Below are positions 38,855-47,154 of a stretch of 60,274 nt of DNA, in pieces. Every line of letters starts with the position of its first letter. Positions within the stretch are counted from its first letter, which is position 1. The stretch lies in contig JBJOPY010000035.1 of the NCBI GenBank assembly GCA_046050405.1, positions 1 through 60,274 of the forward strand, in the 5' to 3' direction. Source of the stretch: Bacteroidota bacterium (GTDB lineage: Bacteria > Bacteroidota > Bacteroidia > J057 > JADKCL01). A model generated the notes under the pieces. The model did not search any database and was not told where the DNA came from. It worked only from the letters and a program-made list of their open reading frames with translations. The position numbers and the translations under genes are program-made.

Positions 38855-40414
38855 TCACTTCTGGTCGGTCACTTGCAGCACCTTGAGAACCGTTCCGGGC
38901 TTCAATTCATTGCTGTTCAGTCCATTGATCTTCTTGACCACCTCAGAAAACGCCCCATATCGCCTGGCGATCTTCCAGACGGACTCACCTTGAACCGCTG
39001 TATGCACCACCCACTTGGATTCAAAAGGGGTCAGGCGATAGCCGCCGGGATCCTCAGTGCGCACGGGAGGCGGCATCTTCGGTTTGGGTGCATCCGCTTT
39101 GACGGGATCCGATGCTGACGCAGCCCCGGCCTTGGCAGAATTGCAGAGCAAGACTGGTTTTGAACCCTTGGCGACTCGTTTTTTCAGGCTGAGCTTCTGA
39201 TAAGCAAGGACATTGTCCCCGGAGATTCTGTTCTTTTCACGGAGCTTTTCCGCTGTGGTGCCATAGGATTTCGCAATCCCGCCAAGGGTCTCCCCCTCTT
39301 GCACGATGTGAAAATGCCGGGACTTTGCGGATTTCAGGTAAACGATATCGCCCTCCAAGAGCCGCGAAGCGTTGGTGAAGCCATTGATTTCCTTGAGCTT
39401 TCTGACCTTGACCCCATGCTTCACAGCGATCTCGACAAGGCTTTCCCCCATCCCGGCACGAACGTAATCGATTCCATTGTCCTGGTCTTGCATGGGCTCA
39501 AGGCATGGAAATTGCTGTGTGACACGCGCAGGCGATTTCGCAGGGTCGGGTTTGGGTCTCTCCTTTTCCTGCGGGGTGTCTCCGCCGACATGGCGGAGCG
39601 CAGCCATCTCTCGCTTTCCATTTCGGGGCAAGTAATAGATGAAGTTCCTGCCTTCGGGAAGCGCACTGCCCTTGATCCAAAGGTTGTACTTCTTGAAGTC
39701 GTCCAGGGTGAGTCCCGCAGATGCAGCCAGCTGAGGGACGGAGGTCTCGCCTTTGGTATTCATCGGCTGCAACCATGTCGGCGGATCGGACTTGTACAGG
39801 GATTCCTCGAAAGCCAGTTTGTACGCGATGGCCTTCAGCGCGTACCAATGTGTGGCCTTGGTGATTTTCATCCTGTCGTTCCCTAGATCCTTGCTGTTGA
39901 TATACGGCAATGCCCCGACCGGGCCGCGGTTGAAGCCAATCACCGCGTACAGGTAGTTGTCGAAATACCTTGCGATCGTATAGAAATACTTGGCTGCAGC
40001 CAGGCTCGACTGGAAGATATGCTTGCGTTCATCGACATATTCATCGATCGCCAAGCCCGCTTCCCTCGCGCTCTGTTCCTTGAACTGCCAGAAGCCGACC
40101 GCATTGGAAGAAGAAACCGCGTCGGGGACAAAGGCGCTCTCCATGGCCACGATGTACCGGAGGTCCGGGGGGACACCGCGTAGTTCGAACGCCTCCTCCA
40201 CGAAGGGAAGGTAGATATTTGCCCGGTCCACCAAGGACTGGAAATAATCCGGAGATCGCTTGAGCTGCCTGATCGTCTCGGAAATCGAGGCCCGGGCGTC
40301 CGAATCGATGGAGAGCTCGATGCCACAGTAGCGCATCGTCTCTGGCACTTCATCGGCCCCATAGGCAGAGGAGAACAATGCCACGACCCAGAAGCAAAGG
40401 CAAGTCTTTTTCAT
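38855..40414 (-). CDS. Lytic transglycosylase (SLT domain) with three LysM domains, MltD-like
   Basis: It has the signal peptide MKKTCLCFWVVALFSSAYG and an SLT catalytic region (..IVAMESAFVPDAVSSSNAVGFWQF..). Three LysM-like units follow (..VRAGMGESLVEIAVKHGV.., ..VQEGETLGGIAKSYG.., ..VQGESVWKIARRYG..). Confidence 0.88.
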   Translation of the reverse strand: MKKTCLCFWVVALFSSAYGADEVPETMRYCGIELSIDSDARASISETIRQLKRSPDYFQSLVDRANIYLPFVEEAFELRGVPPDLRYIVAMESAFVPDAVSSSNAVGFWQFKEQSAREAGLAIDEYVDERKHIFQSSLAAAKYFYTIARYFDNYLYAVIGFNRGPVGALPYINSKDLGNDRMKITKATHWYALKAIAYKLAFEESLYKSDPPTWLQPMNTKGETSVPQLAASAGLTLDDFKKYNLWIKGSALPEGRNFIYYLPRNGKREMAALRHVGGDTPQEKERPKPDPAKSPARVTQQFPCLEPMQDQDNGIDYVRAGMGESLVEIAVKHGVKVRKLKEINGFTNASRLLEGDIVYLKSAKSRHFHIVQEGETLGGIAKSYGTTAEKLREKNRISGDNVLAYQKLSLKKRVAKGSKPVLLCNSAKAGAASASDPVKADAPKPKMPPPVRTEDPGGYRLTPFESKWVVHTAVQGESVWKIARRYGAFSEVVKKINGLNSNELKPGTVLKVLQVTDQK

Positions 40415-40417
40415 GCC

Positions 40418-41056
40418 CTACTTTTTCATGGCGGCCATGATGCCATCCCTCACCGGCAGGAGTACACTTTCCAAGTCATCCCTCTCGACGACCTTTTGGA
40501 CGAAGTCACGGAGGCTCTGGGTTTCCTTGTCCGTGATGTTCGGATCCAGAACCCGCCCGCTCCAGAGTACATTGTCGGCCAGGACCAGGCCTCCGGATCG
40601 CAGCCTGGGAAGGATCAAATCCAGGTATTCGCAGTAACTCTCCTTGTCAGCATCGATGAACACCAGGTCGAAGGGCTCCCCGTACTCCTTCACAATTTGC
40701 TTTGCATCACCGATACGCATCTGGATCCGGTCAGCCAGACCCGCCAACTGGAAGTAATGCTTCGCCATGTCCTCGCGCTCGGGATCGATGTCGACCGTGA
40801 CGAGCGTGCCGTCTGCCGACAGCCCTTCGGCGAGGCAGATCGCAGAGTACCCCGTGTAGGTGCCGATCTCCAAAATGCGCCTCGGGCGCAGCATTTTCGA
40901 GAACATTGCCAGCAATCGCCCTTGAAGATGTCCGGAGAGCATCCTCGGATTCAAGACCTTCGAATGGGTTTCGCGGTTCAGTGCAGCCAGCACCCCGGAC
41001 TCCTTGCTCGTGAAACGCTCTGCATACGCTGTGAGATCAGGCGGTAGGAATATCAT
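40418..41056 (-). CDS. Class I SAM-dependent O-methyltransferase (caffeoyl-CoA OMT/YrrM-like)
   Basis: The ATG at 41056 gives MIFLPPDLTAYAERFTS. It has the SAM motif ILEIGTYTGYSA and ..FDLVFIDADK..Y typical of the family 3 O-methyltransferases. Confidence 0.85.
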   Translation of the reverse strand: MIFLPPDLTAYAERFTSKESGVLAALNRETHSKVLNPRMLSGHLQGRLLAMFSKMLRPRRILEIGTYTGYSAICLAEGLSADGTLVTVDIDPEREDMAKHYFQLAGLADRIQMRIGDAKQIVKEYGEPFDLVFIDADKESYCEYLDLILPRLRSGGLVLADNVLWSGRVLDPNITDKETQSLRDFVQKVVERDDLESVLLPVRDGIMAAMKK

Positions 41057-41676
41057 GTTGTCAGAAATTGAAGGTTCAGAGACACATTGAACAATAACAT
41101 TGCAAAGGTAAGGATCCCCTCCGATGCCGCAGGTCAAGGTTATGAACAACCGAAGGCAGCATCATTTGTAATCCTGTAAGGTTGGCATTTCCATCGCGTC
41201 GGCAACAATTCCCATGAATTTCCGCGATCCATTTTACAAATGCCATCTCATCGCCTGCGTCTAGTTTCAGGCTGGGTTTCCCCTTTGTACGTGCATCCCC
41301 TCTCCCTTGCCTGCAAATGAGTCGCATAGGGCCGACCGCTTGGATCTTCCAGCTGCTTCAGGGAGCCTCAGGGATTCATCTTCTTTTCCCATTCAATCAT
41401 GGATGGCTCCGGATGTTCGATCCATTTCTTGACGATCGTTCCCGCTTCCCGAAACGGGATGACAGTCCATGACGGATCAAGGGGCGACCCCAGGAAGATC
41501 CCAAACGGTGCAGGAGGATGAATCATTTGGGCGGAGGTCATATCCTGGGCCAGACCTGACTGCGGAAAACGAAACCCATATCCCCGAAGTGTGGAATTTG
41601 ATGCAGTTGTCTTGGGATGGAGGACGGGAGATGTTTATGGGGGCCCAGGCAGATTCAGGGAATAAATTTGGCCTTG

Positions 41677-41709
41677 TTGAATAAAATGTGCATTTTAGCG
41701 ATACTTTTG
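41677..41709 (+). promoter_or_regulatory. Candidate Bacteroidota-type promoter upstream of the 41762 lipoprotein gene
   Basis: The sequence is TTG-N22-TACTTTTG. The -7-like element ends 52 nt upstream of the ATG at 41762. Confidence 0.35.
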
Positions 41710-41761
41710 CGACTTATCTTCAATTCATGCGACTCTTGACTGTCAAAAAACGTATTCGACT

Positions 41762-42256
41762 ATGAAATCCAAGTCTTTGATATTGTTCCTGTTTTCCGCT
41801 TGTGCCGTGATTTTCTGGGCTCAAGGGTGTGACCGATGCAAGGAGCATGGCACGCTGACGCTCTCAGAAACCACGCAGTTTTTCGAGGCAACATACTTGG
41901 TGGATTCCAATGGTGCCAACTATACCAGTATCTGGCACCCGGATAGTGTAACAGTCCAGCTGAGCACCAATGGATTTGAAGGCTCCTTTGACTCAATTTC
42001 CGAAGACCTCTCCGATGGCAAGATCGGCCCCTGGGCCTTTACCGTAACACCCCAGGCCGCTAAGATGGGTTCCATCTACCATTACGTGTATGTCGTCACC
42101 AAGGACAGGTTCGGAGCCGATACCTTCGAGATCAAATTCTATCCGTCAATGGACGAATGCCACGAATACTGGGGAAGGCTTGAATACTGGAAGGACGGTG
42201 TTCTCATTTCAACTTGCGATGGAAAGGAAACGTGCTCCATTGTGATTCGCGAATGA
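41762..42256 (+). CDS. Hypothetical Cys-rich lipoprotein
   Basis: 164 aa. It has a signal peptide with a lipobox-like sequence (LFLFSAC). There are seven further Cys in the mature part (CDRC, DECH, STCDGKETC). I recognise no family. Confidence 0.65.
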   Translation: MKSKSLILFLFSACAVIFWAQGCDRCKEHGTLTLSETTQFFEATYLVDSNGANYTSIWHPDSVTVQLSTNGFEGSFDSISEDLSDGKIGPWAFTVTPQAAKMGSIYHYVYVVTKDRFGADTFEIKFYPSMDECHEYWGRLEYWKDGVLISTCDGKETCSIVIRE

Positions 42257-42374
42257 TTTTCCAGTAGAAGGACTCCCCCGACATATTCATTGGAGGATCT
42301 GAACTGGTTCCAAACAGATTTCAATAGGTTTTTCGGGGTTTGCTGCTGGGGTTGACCCATCATTGACGACGATC

Positions 42375-42393
42375 TCCCGCCGGAAACGCGGGA
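42375..42393 (+). terminator. Weak hairpin between the lipoprotein gene and the repeat-protein ORF
   Basis: The sequence is TCCCGC-cggaaac-GCGGGA followed by AAATTTG. The stem is only 6 bp and the T-tract is poor, so its function is uncertain. Confidence 0.2.
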
Positions 42394-42503
42394 AAATTTG
42401 CTTGGATGGAGAGAACTCCTTATTTTGTACCTAGGTAGGCGGCCTGCCGCATTTAATTATCAAGACGGTTTTAAGATATACCCTCATTTGCCTCCTTTTC
42501 GCA

Positions 42504-44354
42504 GTGGCACTGGCAGTTCCGAAAGAGCCTTCGGCACAGCGGATCGACGCATCAACCCGCCAAAGACCCCGTATCTTCGTACCCCAAAACCGCAACAGCC
42601 GCCTGCACCGCGCAAACAGATTCAGAGACAAAGAACAACGCTTCTTTCAATACCGTCAGCGCAATTTCGCACGTACGCATCGTGACCTCAACCAGAAGCG
42701 TGCCCGAGCGCAGCATTACACGCGGCATCGCTCGGTGAACCAGCACTCCCTGGATCGGAAGAGCATCCGGCAGGCTCCCGGTCGCCGATCCCACGCCAGG
42801 CTCAGCACCAAGCGAAGGCCGCAATCGGCTGACCGCCCACACCATCCAAGCACAAGCACGAAATCCAGGCGGCAGCAAGCTGACTCGCCCTCCCACCGCA
42901 GTGTCAGCCGAGTCACGCAGAAGAATCCCGGAAACGGCAGACGCAGCCATCAGAACCTGAACAATCGATCCCCAACACCACAGGCAAGCCGGATCACGCA
43001 CCGAAGCCTGGGCCGCCTCAACCAGCGGAGACCGGCTCGCCTGTCCCACGGAAGCCTCAATCGCTACCGGCCGCCCTCGGTTGCCAGCAGGCACCAATCC
43101 CTGAACCAAAGCCGACAACCTGGAGTGAATGCGCGGCACAGGAACCTGAACAGCAATCATCCACCTTCGGTTGCCGCTCGTCACCGACCCCTTCATCGGC
43201 AACGGCAACAAGTCGCCAACGCCAGCCACCGAAATCTGAACAGGTTCCACCTGCCCCATGTCGCGACCCGCCACCAGTATCTCAATCAAAAGCGCCAGTA
43301 CGTGGCAAACGCCACCCACAGGTCGCTCAATCTCAAGCGGTCTCCGCTGATGCAGGCACAGCATCGGAACCTGAACAGGCATCCTCCCCTGGTCGGGGTG
43401 AGACACAAGGGCATGAACCAGTACGACCCATTTGGAAGGTTGGCACAGAAGCAGCTACGCGACGATCAGAGGAAGCTCAATGTCACAGGACTGAACAGTG
43501 CCTGTTACCCGCGCATCAGGATCCGACACAGGGATCTTACCCAAGTCTGCTACCCGAGGGTCCAAGTGAATCACAAGGATCTTTCCTCGAATTGCTATCC
43601 GAAAATGCGCGTCAAGCACATGGATCTTCAATCGAAGTGTTATCCGACCCCCAATGTTCGCCACAGGAACCTCTCCTCTGCATGCCTGCCGAGGTATGCA
43701 GTGACCCACAAGAGCCTGAACACAGTTTGTTACAAGCCGGCTGTGCGGATCACACACCAGGACCTTTCCCTGAAATGCTATCCTACAATGGTGATCAAGC
43801 ACAAGGACATGGCAGGCCTCTCCTGTACTGAGATACGCATTCGCCATGCGGACTTGAACAAGGCCAGGATCGCCTGTGACCCCAACATCCGCGACCACTC
43901 CACCGCCATGGAGAGAATCGGCAAGGAGATCAAGTTCCAATTCACACGGCATCGCCTTTTCTGCAAGCTGGAATGCAGGTATAGTGGCGTCTCCCAGGGA
44001 AATATCGTAGAAACCTCGAAGGGTCTGGCCGTGGTCAAAGACTATATTGTCAGGAAGGGAACCTACTACCCGATTCGTCTCATCGTGTCCACGATACAGG
44101 GGTTGGGACGAAACGAGAGGGGAGAAGCCAAGCTGGTCATGCACAAGCTCACCAAAGAGGAGACGAAAGAAATCATGATTCGCGAGCTGATCAAGCGACA
44201 GAAATACCTCTGGCTCGTGCGAATGTATCCCGAGGAACGCAAAAATCTCGAAAGCCTGAAGCTGCTCTACAGAAATCCCAACGGGTCTCCAGACAAGGAT
44301 CCCAATGCGCCCAGTGATCTTCCGACCCCCATCAGGGATTCGGACCATAACTGA
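42504..44354 (+). CDS. Hypothetical, extremely basic tandem-repeat protein (about 25 x ~15-residue H-x-x-L-N units plus a C-terminal globular domain)
   Basis: It is a single 616-codon ORF with a GTG start; the first ATG is codon 283. Third codon positions are GC-rich in this frame, unlike the mirrored minus-strand frame. Repeat lengths vary (14-22 aa) but never break frame. The C-terminal ~150 aa have ordinary globular composition. Confidence 0.6.
   Translation: MALAVPKEPSAQRIDASTRQRPRIFVPQNRNSRLHRANRFRDKEQRFFQYRQRNFARTHRDLNQKRARAQHYTRHRSVNQHSLDRKSIRQAPGRRSHARLSTKRRPQSADRPHHPSTSTKSRRQQADSPSHRSVSRVTQKNPGNGRRSHQNLNNRSPTPQASRITHRSLGRLNQRRPARLSHGSLNRYRPPSVASRHQSLNQSRQPGVNARHRNLNSNHPPSVAARHRPLHRQRQQVANASHRNLNRFHLPHVATRHQYLNQKRQYVANATHRSLNLKRSPLMQAQHRNLNRHPPLVGVRHKGMNQYDPFGRLAQKQLRDDQRKLNVTGLNSACYPRIRIRHRDLTQVCYPRVQVNHKDLSSNCYPKMRVKHMDLQSKCYPTPNVRHRNLSSACLPRYAVTHKSLNTVCYKPAVRITHQDLSLKCYPTMVIKHKDMAGLSCTEIRIRHADLNKARIACDPNIRDHSTAMERIGKEIKFQFTRHRLFCKLECRYSGVSQGNIVETSKGLAVVKDYIVRKGTYYPIRLIVSTIQGLGRNERGEAKLVMHKLTKEETKEIMIRELIKRQKYLWLVRMYPEERKNLESLKLLYRNPNGSPDKDPNAPSDLPTPIRDSDHN
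42678..43895 (+). repeat. Degenerate tandem array with ~45-nt period inside the 42504-44354 ORF
   Basis: A recurrent core CAYNRNAAYCTGAAC-like motif occurs at, for example, 43137 CACAGGAACCTGAAC, 43227 CACCGAAATCTGAAC and 43362 CATCGGAACCTGAAC. The motif His codons fall at residues 59, 75, 97, 113, 131, 149, 166, 182, 197, 212, 227, 242, 257, 272, 287, 301, 342, 357, 372, 387, 402, 418, 433 and 448. Confidence 0.8.
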
Positions 44355-44458
44355 CTGGGATCCCGGTCTGAACCGGTGGGAAATCGAAATTGGTTCGGGG
44401 ACGAGCCGTGCAGCACCGAAAACATACCCTCATTTTCCCTACACGGCTGTCCGGAAGC

Positions 44459-45016
44459 TCAATTTTGGCAGGTGTAAACGAATGCGGGGGGAATGTTGAG
44501 CGGCACGAAGCCGACCTTTACTTTTTTGAACTTGGTTCTCAGCAGTTCCAGCGCTGTGATGATGTACTGGTATTGCATGAAAACACCATTGGAGGACAGT
44601 ACTTTTCTGGATTCTTCCAAGATATTTTCCCTCAGATCCTCAGGGAAGAGCGTAAGCGGAAGGGAGGAGATGATGTAGTCCACCTTTTCGACGCCATGCA
44701 TGTGCAGGTATTTTCCGAGAAACTCTGCGGAGTCTGCGATCACATGGATGCGAGGGTCTTCAAATTGCAGGAATTTATCTACGAAGTCTTCGTTCGGCTC
44801 GAAGAGGAACAGCTGTGTTTTCGGCCTGATCCTCTTGATGATCTCCCTTGTGATGACACCTTCCCCGGGGCCCAGCTCCACGATGCATTCTGCCGTCATG
44901 AAGTTGATCGTGGAGATCATCTTGCGGCAAAGGAAGATCGAGCTCGGCGTCAGCGAACCGTTCCTGTTTCCCTTTTTAAAAAACGCCTTCAAAAATGCCG
45001 CTCTAGTCCTGATCAT
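44459..45016 (-). CDS. Class I SAM-dependent methyltransferase (phospholipid N-methyltransferase/COG3963-like)
   Basis: 185 aa. It has ..GSLTPSS..L..K and the SAM motif VELGPGEGVIT. The protein is small and resembles PmtA-like/rRNA adenine dimethylase-fold proteins. Confidence 0.75.
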   Translation of the reverse strand: MIRTRAAFLKAFFKKGNRNGSLTPSSIFLCRKMISTINFMTAECIVELGPGEGVITREIIKRIRPKTQLFLFEPNEDFVDKFLQFEDPRIHVIADSAEFLGKYLHMHGVEKVDYIISSLPLTLFPEDLRENILEESRKVLSSNGVFMQYQYIITALELLRTKFKKVKVGFVPLNIPPAFVYTCQN

Positions 45017-45057
45017 TGGGATGGTTGAATGTTGTTACATGAGTAGGATACAGCCGC

Positions 45058-45732
45058 CTATTCGCGCTTTGCCTCACTGATGGCCCGGTTGAGGAATTCA
45101 TTGAGAGGAAGCATTCCCCTGAACACCATGATTGCATCCTCCACAAAGCTGTCCGAAGTCAACTCCTGGTCGCTGATTTTATGGCTTGCGACCAGGCTTT
45201 TGTGGCGCAAAAGGTCAATGGCAGGATGATTCTTGCCATACCCCTTGGGTGATGTGCGTACGGTCTCGCCCTCCAACTTCCCGAATAGCTTCACGAAATT
45301 CTTGTCTTCCAGGATTTCCTTCAGCCCTTCATGATCGTAATCAATCGCTTCCCTGATGGACTTGAGGATATTCGCTGGTGGCATGTAACTTCCGCCGGCC
45401 AGGAAGGACTTCTCTCCCGGCTCGATATGCAGGTAATAGCCGGCACTTGCGGTGTGCTTTCCGCCTCCCGCCATCCAAGCCCCCATGTTCGTCTTATAGG
45501 GGTTCTTGTCCTTTGAGAATCGCACATCCTTGAAGATCCTGAAGATCGCTGCCTTGGCCTCGATTCCTCTCAAGCTCCCATCGAACTCCGCCATCCTGGG
45601 CAGTAATTGACCGACAAGGCCCTCAACATCCCTTTTCGCAGCCTCATATTCTTTGCGGTTGGACTCGAACCAATCACGATGGTTATTCAAGGCCAGTCCC
45701 GAAAGGAAATCCAATGTTTTCTGCTGTAGCAT
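45058..45732 (-). CDS. DUF2461 (TIGR02453) family protein
   Basis: 224 aa. The sequences ..FLSGLALNNHRDWFESNRKEY.. and ..FRIFKDVRFSKDKNPYKT.. are the family hallmarks as I recall them. Confidence 0.8.
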   Translation of the reverse strand: MLQQKTLDFLSGLALNNHRDWFESNRKEYEAAKRDVEGLVGQLLPRMAEFDGSLRGIEAKAAIFRIFKDVRFSKDKNPYKTNMGAWMAGGGKHTASAGYYLHIEPGEKSFLAGGSYMPPANILKSIREAIDYDHEGLKEILEDKNFVKLFGKLEGETVRTSPKGYGKNHPAIDLLRHKSLVASHKISDQELTSDSFVEDAIMVFRGMLPLNEFLNRAISEAKRE

Positions 45733-45830
45733 TGCGGTAATTTAGGTGGTAAATTTTAGATAATTTCCTTTTTGGCGATATGTTTTCTCCTTTCTGCAAG
45801 CAGACTCCCCTTGGTTCCGGGGAAGGATTG

Positions 45831-46514
45831 TCATTTGCCGGACCGCTTTTCCCTGCGTGCTCTCGCAGCATCCCAAGCTGCCGCATCGTCAATGTCACTG
45901 ATCTCAGGCAAGACAAAAACCAGTTTCCCTGCATCCCGGATATCATCCATGGTGGACATAAAAACAGACGATGTGCTCCATCTCTTGTTCAGAAAAACAG
46001 ACGGCTCCAGTACTTTCATCCCGAGTAGATAGTATCCCCCGTCGTCTGTAGGCCCGATCACAAAGTCATGGAAACTCAATGCCCGAAATGCCTGCTCCAG
46101 ATGCTGCGCCTGGAGATCAAGGAAATCGCTCCCCACGATCGCCACTTTCTGGAACCCCTCGGCAAACATCGCCTGGAACGCGGCCAGCATTCTCTCCCCA
46201 AGTCCTGTCGGCACTTGCAGGTATTTCGCAAAGGCCGGTGATGACCATTTGTCCTGATTGTCAATGAAATCCGAGTAAAATACTGCGCGGTGGCATTCGA
46301 CCCCCGAGGCGACCGTCCGCACATGCGCCGTCATCTCACCATAGGCATCCAATGCAGCATGGTCACCCAAGGTTGCGGCGAGCCGGGTCTTGATCTTGCC
46401 CAGGATGGGATTCTTGATGAAGATGATCAGTGCACGGTCGGCCTCGTTTCTGGGCGGAACATCCTGCCTGACCTCACCCGCTGCTTTCAGCCAAACTTTT
46501 TCGATTCCGCACAT
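45831..46514 (-). CDS. DUF2064/TIGR04282-family glycosyltransferase-like protein
   Basis: 227 aa. The N-terminal ALIIFIKNPILGKIKTRLA.. and ..PTDDGGYYLLG.. are typical of DUF2064. Confidence 0.75.
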   Translation of the reverse strand: MCGIEKVWLKAAGEVRQDVPPRNEADRALIIFIKNPILGKIKTRLAATLGDHAALDAYGEMTAHVRTVASGVECHRAVFYSDFIDNQDKWSSPAFAKYLQVPTGLGERMLAAFQAMFAEGFQKVAIVGSDFLDLQAQHLEQAFRALSFHDFVIGPTDDGGYYLLGMKVLEPSVFLNKRWSTSSVFMSTMDDIRDAGKLVFVLPEISDIDDAAAWDAARARREKRSGK

Positions 46515-46541
46515 TCTGATGGACGATGGGGAAGTGCTTCG

Positions 46542-47075
46542 TTACTGGTAGATTTTCTCACCCTTGCGAAGCCACCTGCCCCAGTCCTCGGAATAGGCAT
46601 GAACCTTCATCGTCGGGTTGCCTCTCGCATCTACCACTGTGTGGCCCTGATTCACCCATTCGAAAATGCCGCCGTAGAGATTGAAGACATGCTGGAAACC
46701 CAGCTCCTCCAGTTGCTCCCCGATACGTTCGCTGCGGTATCCCACCGTGCAATAGACGACGACCACTCGATCCAGCGCCTGGTTCTCGACATCATTTCTC
46801 GAGAATGTCTTGTAGTCCACAAGTTTCGCTGTCGGGAGGTGGCTGACCTCGAACTCTCTCGGGCTGCGAGTGTCCAGAATCAGGGGTGATCGGTTTCCCG
46901 TCACCATGCGTGCCAGGTCGGCAGGCTGGATCGTGGTCACAGTTCCCTTGTACAGGGATCTGAGCTTGGCGGCATAGCCAGGATCGGTGCACTGGCCAAG
47001 GGCCATCATGACCCCTCCCATTGTTGCGAAGAGGATTGCGAACATAATTTTCACTTTACACAGCCTTCCCAGCAT
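46542..47075 (-). CDS. Rhodanese-like domain protein (secreted or membrane-anchored)
   Basis: It has a hydrophobic N-terminus and the rhodanese active-site loop VVVYCTVGYRS. The start is ambiguous (ATG at 47075 or 47045; the ORF track uses TTG at 47081). Confidence 0.8.
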   Translation of the reverse strand: MLGRLCKVKIMFAILFATMGGVMMALGQCTDPGYAAKLRSLYKGTVTTIQPADLARMVTGNRSPLILDTRSPREFEVSHLPTAKLVDYKTFSRNDVENQALDRVVVVYCTVGYRSERIGEQLEELGFQHVFNLYGGIFEWVNQGHTVVDARGNPTMKVHAYSEDWGRWLRKGEKIYQ

Positions 47076-47154
47076 ATGCAAAGTTATACAAATCTGAATG
47101 GAGCCTGGCTCTCCAACACTATGGGAAAGGGCATCTCTCGCCTCGGGCTCAGAC

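Noticed and set aside
42678-43895. The ~45-nt periodic repeats could be a CRISPR array or another non-coding repeat array.
   Set aside because: The units are degenerate, not identical repeats alternating with unique spacers. There is no leader or cas genes. Unit length varies only in multiples of 3 nt, and one conserved reading frame is maintained.
42552-44348. Two long minus-strand ORFs (42552-43406, 284 aa; 43455-44348, 297 aa) mirror the repeat ORF. Their translation also looks repetitive (VQVPV.., IHVLDAHFRIAIRGK ILVIHLDPRVADLGK ..).
   Set aside because: They sit in the classical shadow frame, where their codon position 3 equals plus-strand position 1. They are interrupted by a stop between 43406 and 43455. 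Their third positions are less GC-rich than those of the single continuous 616-codon plus-strand ORF. The plus-strand C-terminal domain also has a more natural composition. The strand call should still be verified experimentally.
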